Positions 39,203 to 51,169 of a stretch of 64,000 nucleotides of DNA are shown piece after piece; position 1 is the stretch's first letter, and each line of letters starts with the position of its first letter. The translations under genes and the position numbers were made by a program. The notes beneath the pieces were generated by a model. The model saw only the letters and a list, made by a program, of their open reading frames with translations, was not told the origin of the DNA and made no database searches. The DNA is from Octopus sinensis (taxonomy: Eukaryota), in contig NC_042997.1 in NCBI RefSeq assembly GCF_006345805.1, positions 199,144,001 through 199,208,000 of the forward strand. Reading direction: 5' to 3'.

Positions 39203-39450
39203 GTGGAGGTGCATGGCTTAGTGGTTAGGGGGTTGAACTCATGATCGTAAGGTTGTGGTTTCGATTCCTGGACCAGGCGATGCGTTGTGTTCTTGAGCAA
39301 AACACTTCATTTCATGTTGCTCCAGTCCACTCAGCTGGCAAAAATGAGTAACCTTGCGACCGACCAGCGTCCCGTCCAGGTGGGGAATTTCTACGCCACT
39401 GAAACTGGGAAACCGACCCTTATGAGCCTGGCATGGCTTGAGAAAAAAAT
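39203..39450 (+). mobile_element. tRNA-head SINE
   Basis: TGGCTTAGTGG A-box and GTTTCGATTCC B-box. Central TTGTGTTCTTGAGCAAAACAC; 3' part shared with 49361-49440. Confidence 0.8.
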
Positions 39451-39524
39451 TTTTTTTTTTAATCTTGTACAGTATATGTTGTGTGAACTGTGTTGTTTTA
39501 GATTATTAGGTGCTTATTGTATAG

Positions 39525-39770
39525 GGGTTGGCGAAAGCGATGTGGTGGACGACAAAAAATCTGACTGATGACAGTCAAGGCTGATCTGGAATCCAGCCTA
39601 GGACCCCATATCTATGGTGTTCGCCGCTGGAATGAGGAGTGGTTGGAGATCACGCGGTTGTTAGCCTCAAATCGCCAGGTCTGGTCAGCGTATGTGAGAG
39701 ATGCAACATTGAGGATAAATGAAGCCAGCTCAACCCACCCTGGGTGAATGCTGTCTCAAGACAAGACAAG
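39525..39770 (+). mobile_element. RTE-like LINE extreme 3' fragment with (CAAGA)n tail
   Basis: TVKADLESSLGPHIYGVRRWNEEW..LASNRQVWSAYVRD, stop at 39745-39747, then CAAGACAAGACAAG. Confidence 0.65.
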
Positions 39771-40844
39771 AAGGGTGTGTGTTGTATGTGGTGATTGTTG
39801 CATTTGATCTATTCTGTTTTGTGCAAGATAAGGGCTGTTCCTAGCAGAGCTATCTTTTAGGCAGCATGTACTGTTGCGGGCCCTGGTATAGCTTCTATAT
39901 TTCTTTTCAAATGTTTTTAAATCATGCCTACTGCTTCAGTTACAAGTGATATTGTTTTTATCTTCCTACTTCACATTTTGAATTATCCATATCATCACTA
40001 TTATTTGCTGCTGACATCTTATCAGATGTGCAAAAAAAAAATCTTGATCTGTGACTACTTGATGTTTTACAAGTGCAACTGAAGGAAGTAATTTTCATTT
40101 TTGATTTCATTCCACATAAAGACCTTTACTGAACGTTTCAAAAGTTCCATCCACTACTGAGATTAGACATCAAGATTGGTTTATTTTAAAATATTACTTT
40201 GCATTTTATTTTACTTTCTAATATCAAGGCATGAAATATAGCTCCTTCTTTCCTTAGATTCACCCCCAACTTCAGAAAGATCACAGGGAACAATGCAAAA
40301 CATCTGCTAAACAACAGAAAACAAAATGTAAAACATATATTAATGGACAGACAAAAAATTCAATACCAGAGATTGAAAAAAAAAAAAAAAACCAACACTC
40401 CTGTAGAAAGATACAGTACAATAAACAACATGTTTGAGGATGACAGTAACAGCAGTTACGCTTGCACGTTCTTCAACAAACATAAATTTCAATGGTGAAA
40501 AGCTAACATTCATAAACATTCTTTAACGAAAAAATTTAGATACTTAAAAACATTCACTGAATGAACCAAAGCTTGGCATCTTTTTGTACACAAGACTGGT
40601 GCCAATCTATCATTATCCATCAGACAAGTACGTGAAAGGAGAAAGGTAACTTACTTATGCTTTACCAAGGCCATAGGAGCTTTTATCCTTTCATCCATGG
40701 AAGACATGGAGATGGTCCGGGCAGATATTTTAAGTGAAATTTCCTCTACTGGGTGGAGAAGGGAAGATGGTGCCATATGTTTCATCTTTGAAATGTGTAT
40801 GAGGCAAGTGCAAGCCCAGATTGAATGTGGCACGTATTCAAGCT

Positions 40845-41047
40845 CATAAGCTGGTCCTGTTATATTTAGCAGGACCAGTCTCCTCTGGCCCCTGGGCTAG
40901 TGGCACATAAAAAGCACCCATTACACTCACAGAGTGGTTGGTGTTAGGAAGGACATCCAGCTGTAAAAGCACTGCCAGATCAGACTGGAGCCTGTGCAGC
41001 CTCCTGGTTTCCCATACCCCGGTCAAACCATCCAACCCATGCTAGCA

Positions 41048-41048
<1 letters not shown>
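40845..41048 (+). mobile_element. RTE-3'UTR-type short repeat
   Basis: GGTTGGTGTTAGGAAGGACATCCAGCTG motif. Confidence 0.75.
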
Positions 41049-41083
<35 letters not shown>

Positions 41084-41084
41084 T

Positions 41085-41305
41085 ACTCAAAGTCGGTGAG
41101 GTGGCAGAATCATTAGCACACTGGATGAAATGTTTAGCAGTATTTCACTCATTGGTACATTCCAAGTGCCAATTCTGCTGAGATTGACTTTACCTTTCAT
41201 CCTTTTGGGGGTCACTAAATTAAGTACCAGTGAAACACTAGGGTCGATATAATTGACTAGTCCCCACCCTTCAAATTTGAGGCAGTGTGCCACCAGTAGA
41301 AAGGA
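41085..41305 (+). mobile_element. SINE family B, degenerate
   Basis: Family motifs present. Confidence 0.65.
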
Positions 41306-42409
41306 TTATTATTATTATTATTATCATTATCGTTATTATTATTATTGTGTGTGTTTCTGTATGTGTATCAGTATTTGTATCCTGCAAAATCTAATATTTG
41401 CTGCCAGCCCTTTCATCTCTGACTCCCCTTCCATTGTACCTGTTGACCATAATTTCCCATTCAGCCATCTCCACATTTAATTTCCTCTCTACATCACTCA
41501 TAACCCTCCCACCTCTCCTCTCCACACCACTCTGAGTTGCTTGCAAATGATGACTGCCACCTCACCCCTCTCCTCATTGCTCTGCCTCCCACTGTTCACT
41601 AAGATTTTTATATGAAAGTCTTTTATCAGACCATCCTTATCATTTTACCTACACCCATCATCCCTTCTCCACCTGGAGTCATCTTCCTGTTACACAATCC
41701 TCTCTCTCATCTCCTCACCACCCTCAATATTTGTACAAGCATGGTTCCACTTTCTACTACTATCCTTGTTACTCTTCCACTCACCCACCCACCCACCCAC
41801 CTACTTCACCAGGTCTATATATAAGAGATTACATCAGTCCATCCTCATCGCTCTACCATATTCTTCCATAACGAGGCCTCTGTATATTGAACTGCCTGAT
41901 ATTCAGTGTTACCTGTTATTCCGTCCTACCCTTTCTGTAATACAATCCACCATTCACTCTTCATCACCTACTCTTGCTTTTGTCCACCTCTGCTATTGTC
42001 CATCACTTCCTTCCTATTTCTGACTCAATAATTCTGTCTCAACCATCCTACTCTAGATCTTCTCACTCACCCATTCAGGTCTTCTACTTCTCCCCACCTC
42101 AACCATATTGTTTGAATAAAAATGCATGTCTTACGTTACTGATGACAAGGTACCCCCTCAAATACTGATGTCCAAGAACCTTCTAGGATGATGGAGAAAT
42201 GAGCAGCAGTAAAGTAGAGTCGATAAGTCCCTGAATACTTTCACACAAAGGACTTGACAACTTTCCTGGTACTGGTTCCACAAAAAAATACACCCAGTAC
42301 ACTCTACAGAGAAATTGTAGGATTGTAAAGTCCCCTTAAACCTGTCTTGTTGAGTATCTCTAGTGCTGGTGCCATAAGAAAATGCACCCACTACACTTAG
42401 TAATGGGGT

Positions 42410-42672
42410 TCATCATCTTCATCTTTTATCATCTGCTTTCCATGCTGGCATGGATTGGACGGTTTGACTGAGGACTGGCAAGCCAGGAGGCTGCACCAGG
42501 CTCGAATCTGATCTGGCAAGATTTATACAGCTGGATGTTGTTCCTAACACCAACCACTCCAAGAGTGTAGTGGGTGCTTTTTAAGTGCTACTGGCTTGAG
42601 GACCAGTCAGGTAATACTGGCATCGACCGTGCTTGAATGGTGCTTTTTATGTGCCACTGGCACAGGAGTCAG
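42410..42672 (-). mobile_element. RTE-3'UTR-type short repeat
   Basis: Matches 54016-54368. Confidence 0.75.
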
Positions 42673-42814
42673 TCATCCAGCTGTCAAAATCAAACCAAAA
42701 TAACATGTATCTATAAGCATGTTAATGGTACTCATTAAGAAAACTGTTCAGGTTGCAATTACTTGTCCAGTCCACACCAGCATGGAAAGCAGAGCTGGAA
42801 TATTATTATTATTA

Positions 42815-43335
42815 TTAATGTTGAACTGGTATTAGCACCTTGAGTAAAATTATTTGTGGTATTTCCGTCAGCTCTTGGGGTTCTGAGTTCAAATTCTGTT
42901 GAGGTCAACTTTGCTTTTCATCCTTTGAGTAGGGGGTCAGTCACTAAAATATGTACCAGTTAAACACCGAGGTTGATGTGACTGACTCACCCCTTCACCT
43001 AAAATTGCTGGCCTTATGCCAAAACTTAAAAGCATCATTATTAATAATCCTTTCTATTATAGGCACAAGGCCTGATGTTTGGGAGTAGGATAGTCAATTA
43101 CATCGACCCCAGAACTCAACTGGTACTTAATTTATCGACCCCCAAAAGGATGAAAGGCCTGAAATTTATGGCACACTGGGGCTAGACAATTACATTGGTA
43201 TGCAAATGATACTTAATTTATTAATCCTGAAAGGATGAAAAGCCAAGTCAACCTCAACAAAATTTTGAACTCAGAATACAAAGAGCTAGAAGCATTTCAT
43301 CCAGTGTGCTAATTATGCTGCCAGCTCACTGCCTT
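42815..43335. mobile_element. two oppositely oriented degenerate SINE family B copies
   Basis: Plus copy at about 42815-43030, minus copy at about 43050-43335. Confidence 0.6.
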
Positions 43336-43609
43336 CTCTGCTAGAAACAATAAGGACACCTATTATTCAGCAATCTTATTTGTATTGCATCTTTTCAATG
43401 TACAGCACTGTGTATCTTGATATATTTACAGTGTATTTTGTATTTTCTATTGCTGAAAATACTTTAACACAATGCCCTGCAGTGATATTTTGTGTGTGTT
43501 GTGTATATTCATAATTCTTAAGGTTTTGATTATGCATTAATCTGCATAATTTTTAATAATTCCCAAGACACTCACCTAATATTAGAGGGGACTGTACATG
43601 TTTTCTGTC

Positions 43610-43975
43610 CCTACATTTTGATTATTGCTGTTTGCAGATTTTGATATTTGGATAGTTTCACCATTTCTTCCAAAGATATATAATCATTCACTGGAAATAA
43701 TATGTCGATTAGGCAATATTTCCTAATGGTCTTTAATAATAATGATAATAATAATAATAATAATAATAGTAATACTGATAATGATGATAAGAATAATAAT
43801 AATAATAGTAATACTGATAATGATGATAATAATAATAATAATAATAATGATAATACCCAAAATGGCTTCACTTAATTTCTCTGTATAAATCCAGATTATC
43901 TTCCAGGTTATAGTCACTTTGCCGTCCTTTAAAACCATTTGTACTATCTCTTGTCTGTGGGTATTCCATACTTTC
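43610..43975 (-). mobile_element. decayed R4/Dong-like fragment interrupted by (ATA)n
   Basis: VLKDGKVTITWKI, then CLIDILFPVNDYISLEEMVKLSKYQNL; microsatellite at 43737-43850. Confidence 0.5.
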
Positions 43976-44014
43976 AAGTATATGTAAGTTCAGATCTTGC
44001 AAACTCTCTTGTCG

Positions 44015-44270
44015 TTGGGGTTAGTAGCACTGGCCACTAACCCCAAGATTCTAAGTTCGATTCCAAGCAGTGACCTGAACAATAACATTAACAATAATAA
44101 TAACATCGAAAAATACCTTAGGAATAAGAACCCAGGTTCTAAATTTCCCCAAGGCACCTGAAGAAGGCAGGAGGGGGTATATCAGCTGAAACGTTGTGTT
44201 AACAACAAACAAGACGAAGACAAAATATCCGTTCAATGTAAATAATGTAAATAACGTAAATAATTTTTTT
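44015..44270 (+). mobile_element. short element with a Pol III B-box and a minimal hammerhead motif
   Basis: GTTCGATTCC at 44055-44064. GCAC-CTGAAGA-AGGCAG..CAGCT-GAAA-CGTT-GTGT at 44154-44199. (TGTAAATAA)3-like tail. Confidence 0.65.
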
Positions 44271-44671
44271 TTTTGTTTTTCTCTCCTTTCCATTGCCTCT
44301 GTTTTATATTTCTTGTGGTGCCACCTGGTTGCTACAGATTCATCCATCTCCCCTTAATGTGAGTAGCCATGTAGCTCTTATACTACAAGAACCTGTTCTA
44401 TTCCACCCCTCCTCGTCTGTTAGCATAATGCCCTACCCCCTCAGGTTTTGTAGGCTTGTATGCCACATGGGGACTTAATTTGTGCCAGTGGCATGAGCAA
44501 AGCATGCAGTGTAAGGTAGTTGGTATTACGAAGGGCATCAGACCACAGAAACCCCACCAAAACATACACTGGGGTATAATGCAGTCCTTGGACTCTCAAG
44601 ATCCTTTCAGACCATCCAACCCATGCCAACATGGAAAATGTACATTAAAAGCTGCTTTAGATGATAATGAT

Positions 44672-45089
44672 TACTCTTACTCTTTTTACTCTTTTACTTG
44701 TTTCAGTCATTTGACTGCGGCCATGCTGGAGCACCGCCTTTTAGTCGAGTAAATCGACCCCAGGACTTATTCTTTGTAAGCCTAGTACTTATTCTATCAG
44801 CCTCTTTTGCTGAACCGCTAAGTTACGGGGACGTAAACACACCACCATCGGTTGTCAAGCAATGGTGGGGGGACAAACACAGACACACAAACATATACAC
44901 ACATACATATATATACATATATACGACGGGCTTCTTCCAGTTTCCGTCTACCAAATCCACCCACAAGGCTTCGGTTGGCCCAAGGCTATAGTAGAAGACA
45001 CTTGCCCAAGGTGCCACACAGTGGGAATGAACCCGGAACCATGTGGTTGGTAAGCAAGCTACTTACTACACAGCCACTCCTGCGCCTAT
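44672..45089 (-). mobile_element. SINE family A, well-preserved copy
   Basis: Complete head-to-tail copy. Confidence 0.9.
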
Positions 45090-45362
45090 TAATCACCTTT
45101 GCCAAACAGCTAAGTAACAGGGATGTAAACAAACCAACACTGGTTGTCAAACCATAGTGGGAGATAAACACACACACACACACACACATGCACATGATAG
45201 GCTTCTTTCAATTTATGTCTACCAAATCCACTCAAGGCTTTTGTTGGCCCAGGGCTATAGTGGAAGACATTTGCCCAAGGTGCCACACAGTGGCATTTTG
45301 TCCGTCTTTACATTCTGGATTCAAGTGCTGCTGAGGTCAACTTTGTGTTTCATTCTTTCAGG
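45087..45362. repeat. about 275-bp local direct duplication (partner 46515-46790)
   Basis: Both copies share the same SINE-A/SINE-B chimeric junction. Confidence 0.8.
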
Positions 45363-46022
45363 AATATATAATATTCAAAAGCATTTTCTACTTGCAGACG
45401 GCCCCTTCTTCTTTGTATTATTTATAGTGAATATAACCTTTCTATGTCACATTTGTTACATTTTCTAAACGCTGTCATTAGTTGCCTTGTTTTTCTACTT
45501 TGTCTTCTTAATTCACTTAACTTCCAATAATATTATAATTGTAAAATATTACTGGACTAGAACAGAGTTTTGCTGTATATTACCTTATTTTTAACATTTA
45601 GCTCAATTTATAGCATTAATCAAATTTATCTCTAATATGCCTTCCTAACTTCTTTCATACGTCTGTGCTGGAATCTATCTAGTTCATTAATTCTAAGAAT
45701 TTGTAAGACTGTGTTAGGACTAATTCTCTCATCTCTGTTTCTTTATCTAAGATGATATCAGTGCTTTTAATTAATTTTCCTCTCATCAAAGTTGTCTTGG
45801 TACATTTTCCCAAATCAAATTTCATGCCAATTTCCTAACCAAATCAATGCACTGTCTGTAACATTGTTTCTGTGTATTTGACATCTTTAGTGCACTAACA
45901 AGTCGCCTATACACAGGAGTGAGTTGTGACAGTCATTTCATTGCTCTGGAATCTATATTCAGTTCAGCTTTTTTATCACACAGGCTTATCTCTCGGCAGT
46001 GAAGGAGTAAAGAGAGGTCCCC

Positions 46023-46502
46023 ATGGTATATTCCTCTTCATTGGCGTTAGGAAGGGCATCCAGCTGTAGAAACATTGCCAAATTAGACTGGAGCCTGGTG
46101 CAGCCTTCTGGCTTCCCAGAACCCCGGACGAACCGTCCAACCCATGCTAGCATGGAGAACGGATGTTAAACGACGATGATGATGATGAATGAGAGTGAAT
46201 TTAGTTCTTGCTTCAATCTGTAAATCAGTTTATCTTTTTTATTATTTTATCTTTTACTTGTTTCAGTTATTAGACTGTGGCCATGCTGGAGCATCATCTT
46301 GAATTTTTTAGTTGAATGAATCAATTTCAGTTCTTATTTTTATTTTAAGCCTGGTATCATCATCATCATCATTTAACGTCCGTTTTCCATGCTAGCATGG
46401 GTTGGATGGTTCGACTAGGGTCAAGGAAGCCAGAGGGCAGCACCAGGCTCCAGTCTGATCTGGCAGTGTTTCTACAGCTGGATGCCCTTCCTAACGCCAA
46501 CC
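46023..46502. mobile_element. two RTE-3'UTR-type repeats in opposite orientation separated by a SINE-A tail
   Basis: Plus copy 46023-46188, minus copy 46355-46502. Confidence 0.8.
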
Positions 46503-46898
46503 AGCTATCTAGTCTATTAATCACCTTTGCCAAATAGCTAAGTAACAAGGATGTAAACAAACCAACTATGTCAAGCCATAGTGGGAGACAAACACACACA
46601 CACACACATGCACATGCGCATGATAGGCTTCTTTCAATTTCTGTCTACAAATCCACTCAAGGCTTTTGTAGGCCCAGGGCTATAGTGGAAGACATTTGCT
46701 CAAGGCGCAACACAGTGGCATTTGTGCGTCTTTACATTCTGGATTCAAGTGCTGCTGAGGTCAACATTGTGTTTCATTCTTTCAAGGCTGATAAAGTAAG
46801 TACCAGTCAAACACTGGAATCTATGTAATTTCCCAGCCCTCGACCCCAAATTCCAGGCCTTGTATCTTGAGTAAAAAGGATAATTATTATTATTACTG

Positions 46899-47548
46899 TT
46901 GAGTGAGAGAGCATGCCACCAAAGTGACATTGGAGTACAAATATATAAAGCCCAATATACTCATTATGACTACCCATCTAATAAGGGTACACCAGGCACA
47001 TGCATCACAACTATATGCACACAACATGGTGATCTCATATCAAGATTAACCGCATATGATCTTGCAGGTGGGGCCTAATTAGAATTTTATTCAGGTCGAG
47101 CAGCCCCATCCCACTCAAATGGTCCCTGAATAAGAGATATTTAAGGATGTTGAATAAAGCATCATATTTCCAGAGGTGAATTATTCAAACCTCAAAGGAT
47201 TCCTCTCAGCGCATGGCTATGATGCTCCCCCAGTACTTCTGCTCATGATCAGAGATGCACATATCGTCAGCCACTAAGCGACATGCTCAACTTGTTACGG
47301 TCAAACAACTGATATGTAAATCTGGTACTGAGCAGAATATTTGCTGTAGCCCATCTTTTACACCAAGACATTATTATTATCTTCCACCAAGGGACATGCT
47401 CAGCTTGTTATGGTCAAGAAATTGATAAGTAAATCTGTGGTATTGAGCAGAGTATTTGCTGTATCCCATCTTTTATACCATAACAAAACATGTACATGAT
47501 AACACCTTCAATCAGTTAAGATCAAAAACCATGAGAACCACTGCATCA
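46899..47548 (-). mobile_element. repeat family D with an internal approximately 115-bp duplication
   Basis: The GACATGCTCA..TTGTTA segment occurs at about 47280 and about 47393. Confidence 0.75.
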
Positions 47549-48849
47549 TTATTTATTATTATTATTATATTATTATTATTATTGAGTGAGAGAGCAATGC
47601 ATGCCATCAATTATTATTATATCTAAAGTGGATTCCTTATGACTTCCTTAACTGGTAACCTATATATAAAACATATGCCACTACATGTAATTTTTCTTAA
47701 TTACAATTGTCAACAATAGTCTCAATAAATATTTGGTTGTCAAAGAGCGACAATGTAAACTAATCTATTGTAATTCAGCAGAGTTCAGTAATCCCTTAAA
47801 GATAAATACAACTGGACAAGATTTACTGATTGCTATATTCCAGAAAGTCTATTTATAAACACTACAGAGAATCATAACAAAACATGTTCAATTAAAAACT
47901 TTTCATTCATTACTGATTGTTTTAATTCTTTGTGGAAACCATCAAGAAAACCATTTAGCTTGAGAGTTTGAGGTGAATCAGATAGAATTTTATGTAGCTT
48001 CTCACCTAGATTTTGTGATAAGGAACATAGGTGATACCGAAGGTATTGATACCAGCACTTTAAGTTTGTGCAGGGTATGTGGAATATTCCATTTAAATTA
48101 TTGAATATTATACTGGGTTTTATTGTATAAAACATTTACACATTATTGGAATGAAATTCTCTTACATCTAAACTGTTTTTAGCGGTTTGGTTGTTGGTAA
48201 GATTTCTCTTGTGATATCAACATTTTGATTAATTCCTTTACCATATATATTTGATGAGTTCCAGAAAATTCCGTGAAATTCATTACAAAATATATTAAAA
48301 CTAGAAAAAAAAAATATCTGACTGTGCAATTGAAAAATAATTTTTAGAAATATCATTAGGGAAAAAGACCTTTTTTTTAAAAAAAAACAAAGGTTGGCAA
48401 AAACACACACAAATCTATTCAATGAGAAATAGAATTGATGACATCACCAATGACTATCAATACACATTTGCATACGGCAGCTGTTACCATGAATCAACAT
48501 CTCACAGACAGCAAGCAGGCACATTTTAAAGAAACTACCAAACTATCATGTATAATATGAAGCTTAAAACAAATATTGAAAATGTTTGCCAAAGAATTGA
48601 CTAGGATGCTATCGTGCAAAGAAAAGAGAATGAGAAGTTTATTACGCATAAACTACTATACTGACAAAACTAACTACGCTGTTTAGTAATTCCAAACATA
48701 GTCACATGAGATAATATATGTATGTACTAATATGAAAAACTACTATAGTAAACAACTGCAATTATGAATAACTGTCATCTGCATGTTTGCCATCACAGAC
48801 CCACTGTATAGAGACCATCAATTCTTGTATAATTCTATTATAAAGTGGT

Positions 48850-49175
48850 TAACCCTTTTGATAACCAACCACCTGAAACCGCCTCTGGCACTGTAGTACG
48901 AATGTCTTGTTTTCAAAAGTTCTGAATTAAAATCTTTCACCAAACCTTAGTTACAATTTGTGTCCCTAACACCAGCTTAACGCTTTTGTCACCATATTTC
49001 TGTTGAGATGTTCTGTGTTTCTTTCAATTATTTTAAATATAACAAAGAATTTAGTAAAATAACTTGGTTATCATTAAGTTACTGTTAGGAAACATAAATT
49101 GTGACTAAGGTTTGGTGACAGATTTTAATTCGAAACTTATGAAAACAAGACATTTGTACACAGAGCCAGAGTCTG
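48850..49175. mobile_element. piggyBac-type MITE with long TIRs, right end truncated
   Basis: Starts TTAA|CCCTTTTGATA; 48880-48975 is inverted relative to 49075-49175. Confidence 0.7.
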
Positions 49176-49360
49176 TTCAAGCAAGGTTCTAATATAGTCT
49201 TAGGCTTCTAATATAGTCTTATGAGAGAATTTGGTAGGCAGAAGCTGTTTGGATGTCCATTGAATATGTATTTTTATACATATGAGGAGTGTTTGGCAAC
49301 AAAGTGTTGGTTTGCTTATGTCCTTGTAACAGTTCTGTAAAAGAGCCCAACAGGGTAAGT

Positions 49361-49640
49361 TTTTATTTATGGGCCCGGTTTCCTGGTTTCGGTGGCGTAT
49401 GTGTTTCCCCAGCTGTATGGGACGCAAGTCCATCACAGCATTACTGAAGAAACAGGAAGAAAGAGTGAGAGAAAGTTGGGCGAAAGAGTACAACAGGGGT
49501 CGCCCCCCCCCTGCCAGAGCCTCGTGGAGCTTTTAGGTGTTTTCACTCAATAAACACACACAATGCCTGGTCTGGGAATCAAAACCACGATCCTCCGACC
49601 ACGAGTCTACTGCCCTAACCACTGGGCCATTGCACCTCCA
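49361..49640 (-). mobile_element. tRNA-head SINE, chimeric
   Basis: Head and middle match 441-630, tail matches 39345-39420. Imperfect TSD CAACAGGGT at 49348-49356 and 49641-49649. Confidence 0.8.
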
Positions 49641-50538
49641 CAACAGGGTTAAGTACCAGACCTAAAAATAAGGACTGGGGTTGATTTGTTTGACCGAACC
49701 CTTCAGGGCAGTGCTCCAGCGTGTTTGCAACGCAACATCTGAAAGAAATAGAAGATAAAAGATGGGGTATGATAAAGGTGAGTAGGCTTGAAAAGACCTG
49801 CTTTACTAACAGTCCAGCTCAAAGTGATACCTGCAACACTGAATCTTTGCCAAAAAAAAAGGGATTAAAAATACACATAATAAAAACTAATAGTTGGGTA
49901 TTGAAATGCAATATAAAAATGCTTATTTGCTCCTTTACAAAGCAGAAATGTCAATACATTCTGATTTGACTCATAAAGCATGTAATCAACCTATGACAGG
50001 ACGAAATCTACACATTTGGCAGACTATTCTTTTATTTGTTTCAGTCATTTGACTGCGGCCATGCTGGAGCACCACCTTTAGTTGAACAAATCAACGTCAG
50101 GACTTATTCTTTGTAACTCCAGTACTTATTCTATCAGTCTCTTTTGCTGAACCACTAAGTCACGGGGATGTAAACTTACCAGCATTGGTTGTCAAGCAAT
50201 GATGGGGGAACAAACAGAGACAAACAAATATATACACATACATATATATATATATATAAATATAATTAATTAATAAGGGTGAGAGAATTAGATACTAATT
50301 TAATAGTATATCTATTCAACACCAAGTGGCCTAGTGCTCCGAGAAACCTGGATTATTATAATATTATATAATATATTATAATATTTTTACAAAATAAATA
50401 TAAGAGAGTGGTCACTATATGGCTCACTCTAGCACCAGTTAATCCAAAAGGTTTCAACCACAAAAATACATGTTTCCCATGAAAGTCAGTACGATTGTTA
50501 GCTCACACGGACAGGGCAAATAAAAAATAACAAAAATA

Positions 50539-50634
50539 CAGATTATTTTGGGACAATTGTTTCGCTATTAATGAATTAAATGTAATTTTACTTACAAAAA
50601 AATCCACTTGTAGCTCGTCAGCCAAAACTATCTG
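50539..50634 (-). ncRNA. type I hammerhead ribozyme (copy 1)
   Basis: CAGATAGTTTTGG-CTGACGA-GCTA..43 nt..TAGC-GAAA-CAATT-GTC^-CCAAAATAATCTG. Canonical core, G10.1-C11.1 pair, long stem I, GUC cleavage between 50552 and 50551. Confidence 0.85.
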
Positions 50635-51073
50635 GATGAAATCCACTCAATCACACGCCAGATTTTACCATAACGATAAATACGCGTGTGGTTCAATTGA
50701 TTACATCCGACGTTATAATTCAAATGCCCCAACTAACAGCGCGCCAAACTTTCACGGAAAACAAATACAGCATTTAGAAATAAATGCAGCATAATTATAA
50801 TTAATTAATAAGGGTGAGAGAATTAGATGTTAATTTAATAGTATATCTATTCAACACCAAGTGGCCTAGTGCTCCGAGAAACCTGGATTATTATAATATT
50901 ATATAATATATTATAATATTTTTACAAAATAAATATAAGAGAGTGGTCACTATATGGCTCACTCTAGCACCAGTTAATCCAAAAGGTTTCAACCACAAAA
51001 ATACATGTTTCCCATGAAAGTCAGTACGATTGTTAGCTCACACGGACAGGGCAAATAAAAAATAACAAAAATA

Positions 51074-51169
51074 CAGATTATTTTGGGACAATTGTTTCGC
51101 TATTAATGAATTAAATGTAATTTTACTTACAAAAAAATCCACTTGTAGCTCGTCAGCCAAAACTATCTG
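51074..51169 (-). ncRNA. type I hammerhead ribozyme (copy 2)
   Basis: Identical motif shifted by 535 bp; cleavage between 51087 and 51086. Confidence 0.85.

Noticed and set aside
40651-40833. Exon-like segment ending in a GTAAGT donor on the minus strand
   Set aside because: Open frames on both strands with no recognisable motif; cannot be separated from chance.
47872-48135. 87-aa minus-strand ORF or exon (GEKLHKILSDSPQ...)
   Set aside because: No recognisable domain, AT-rich, ambiguous splice signals.
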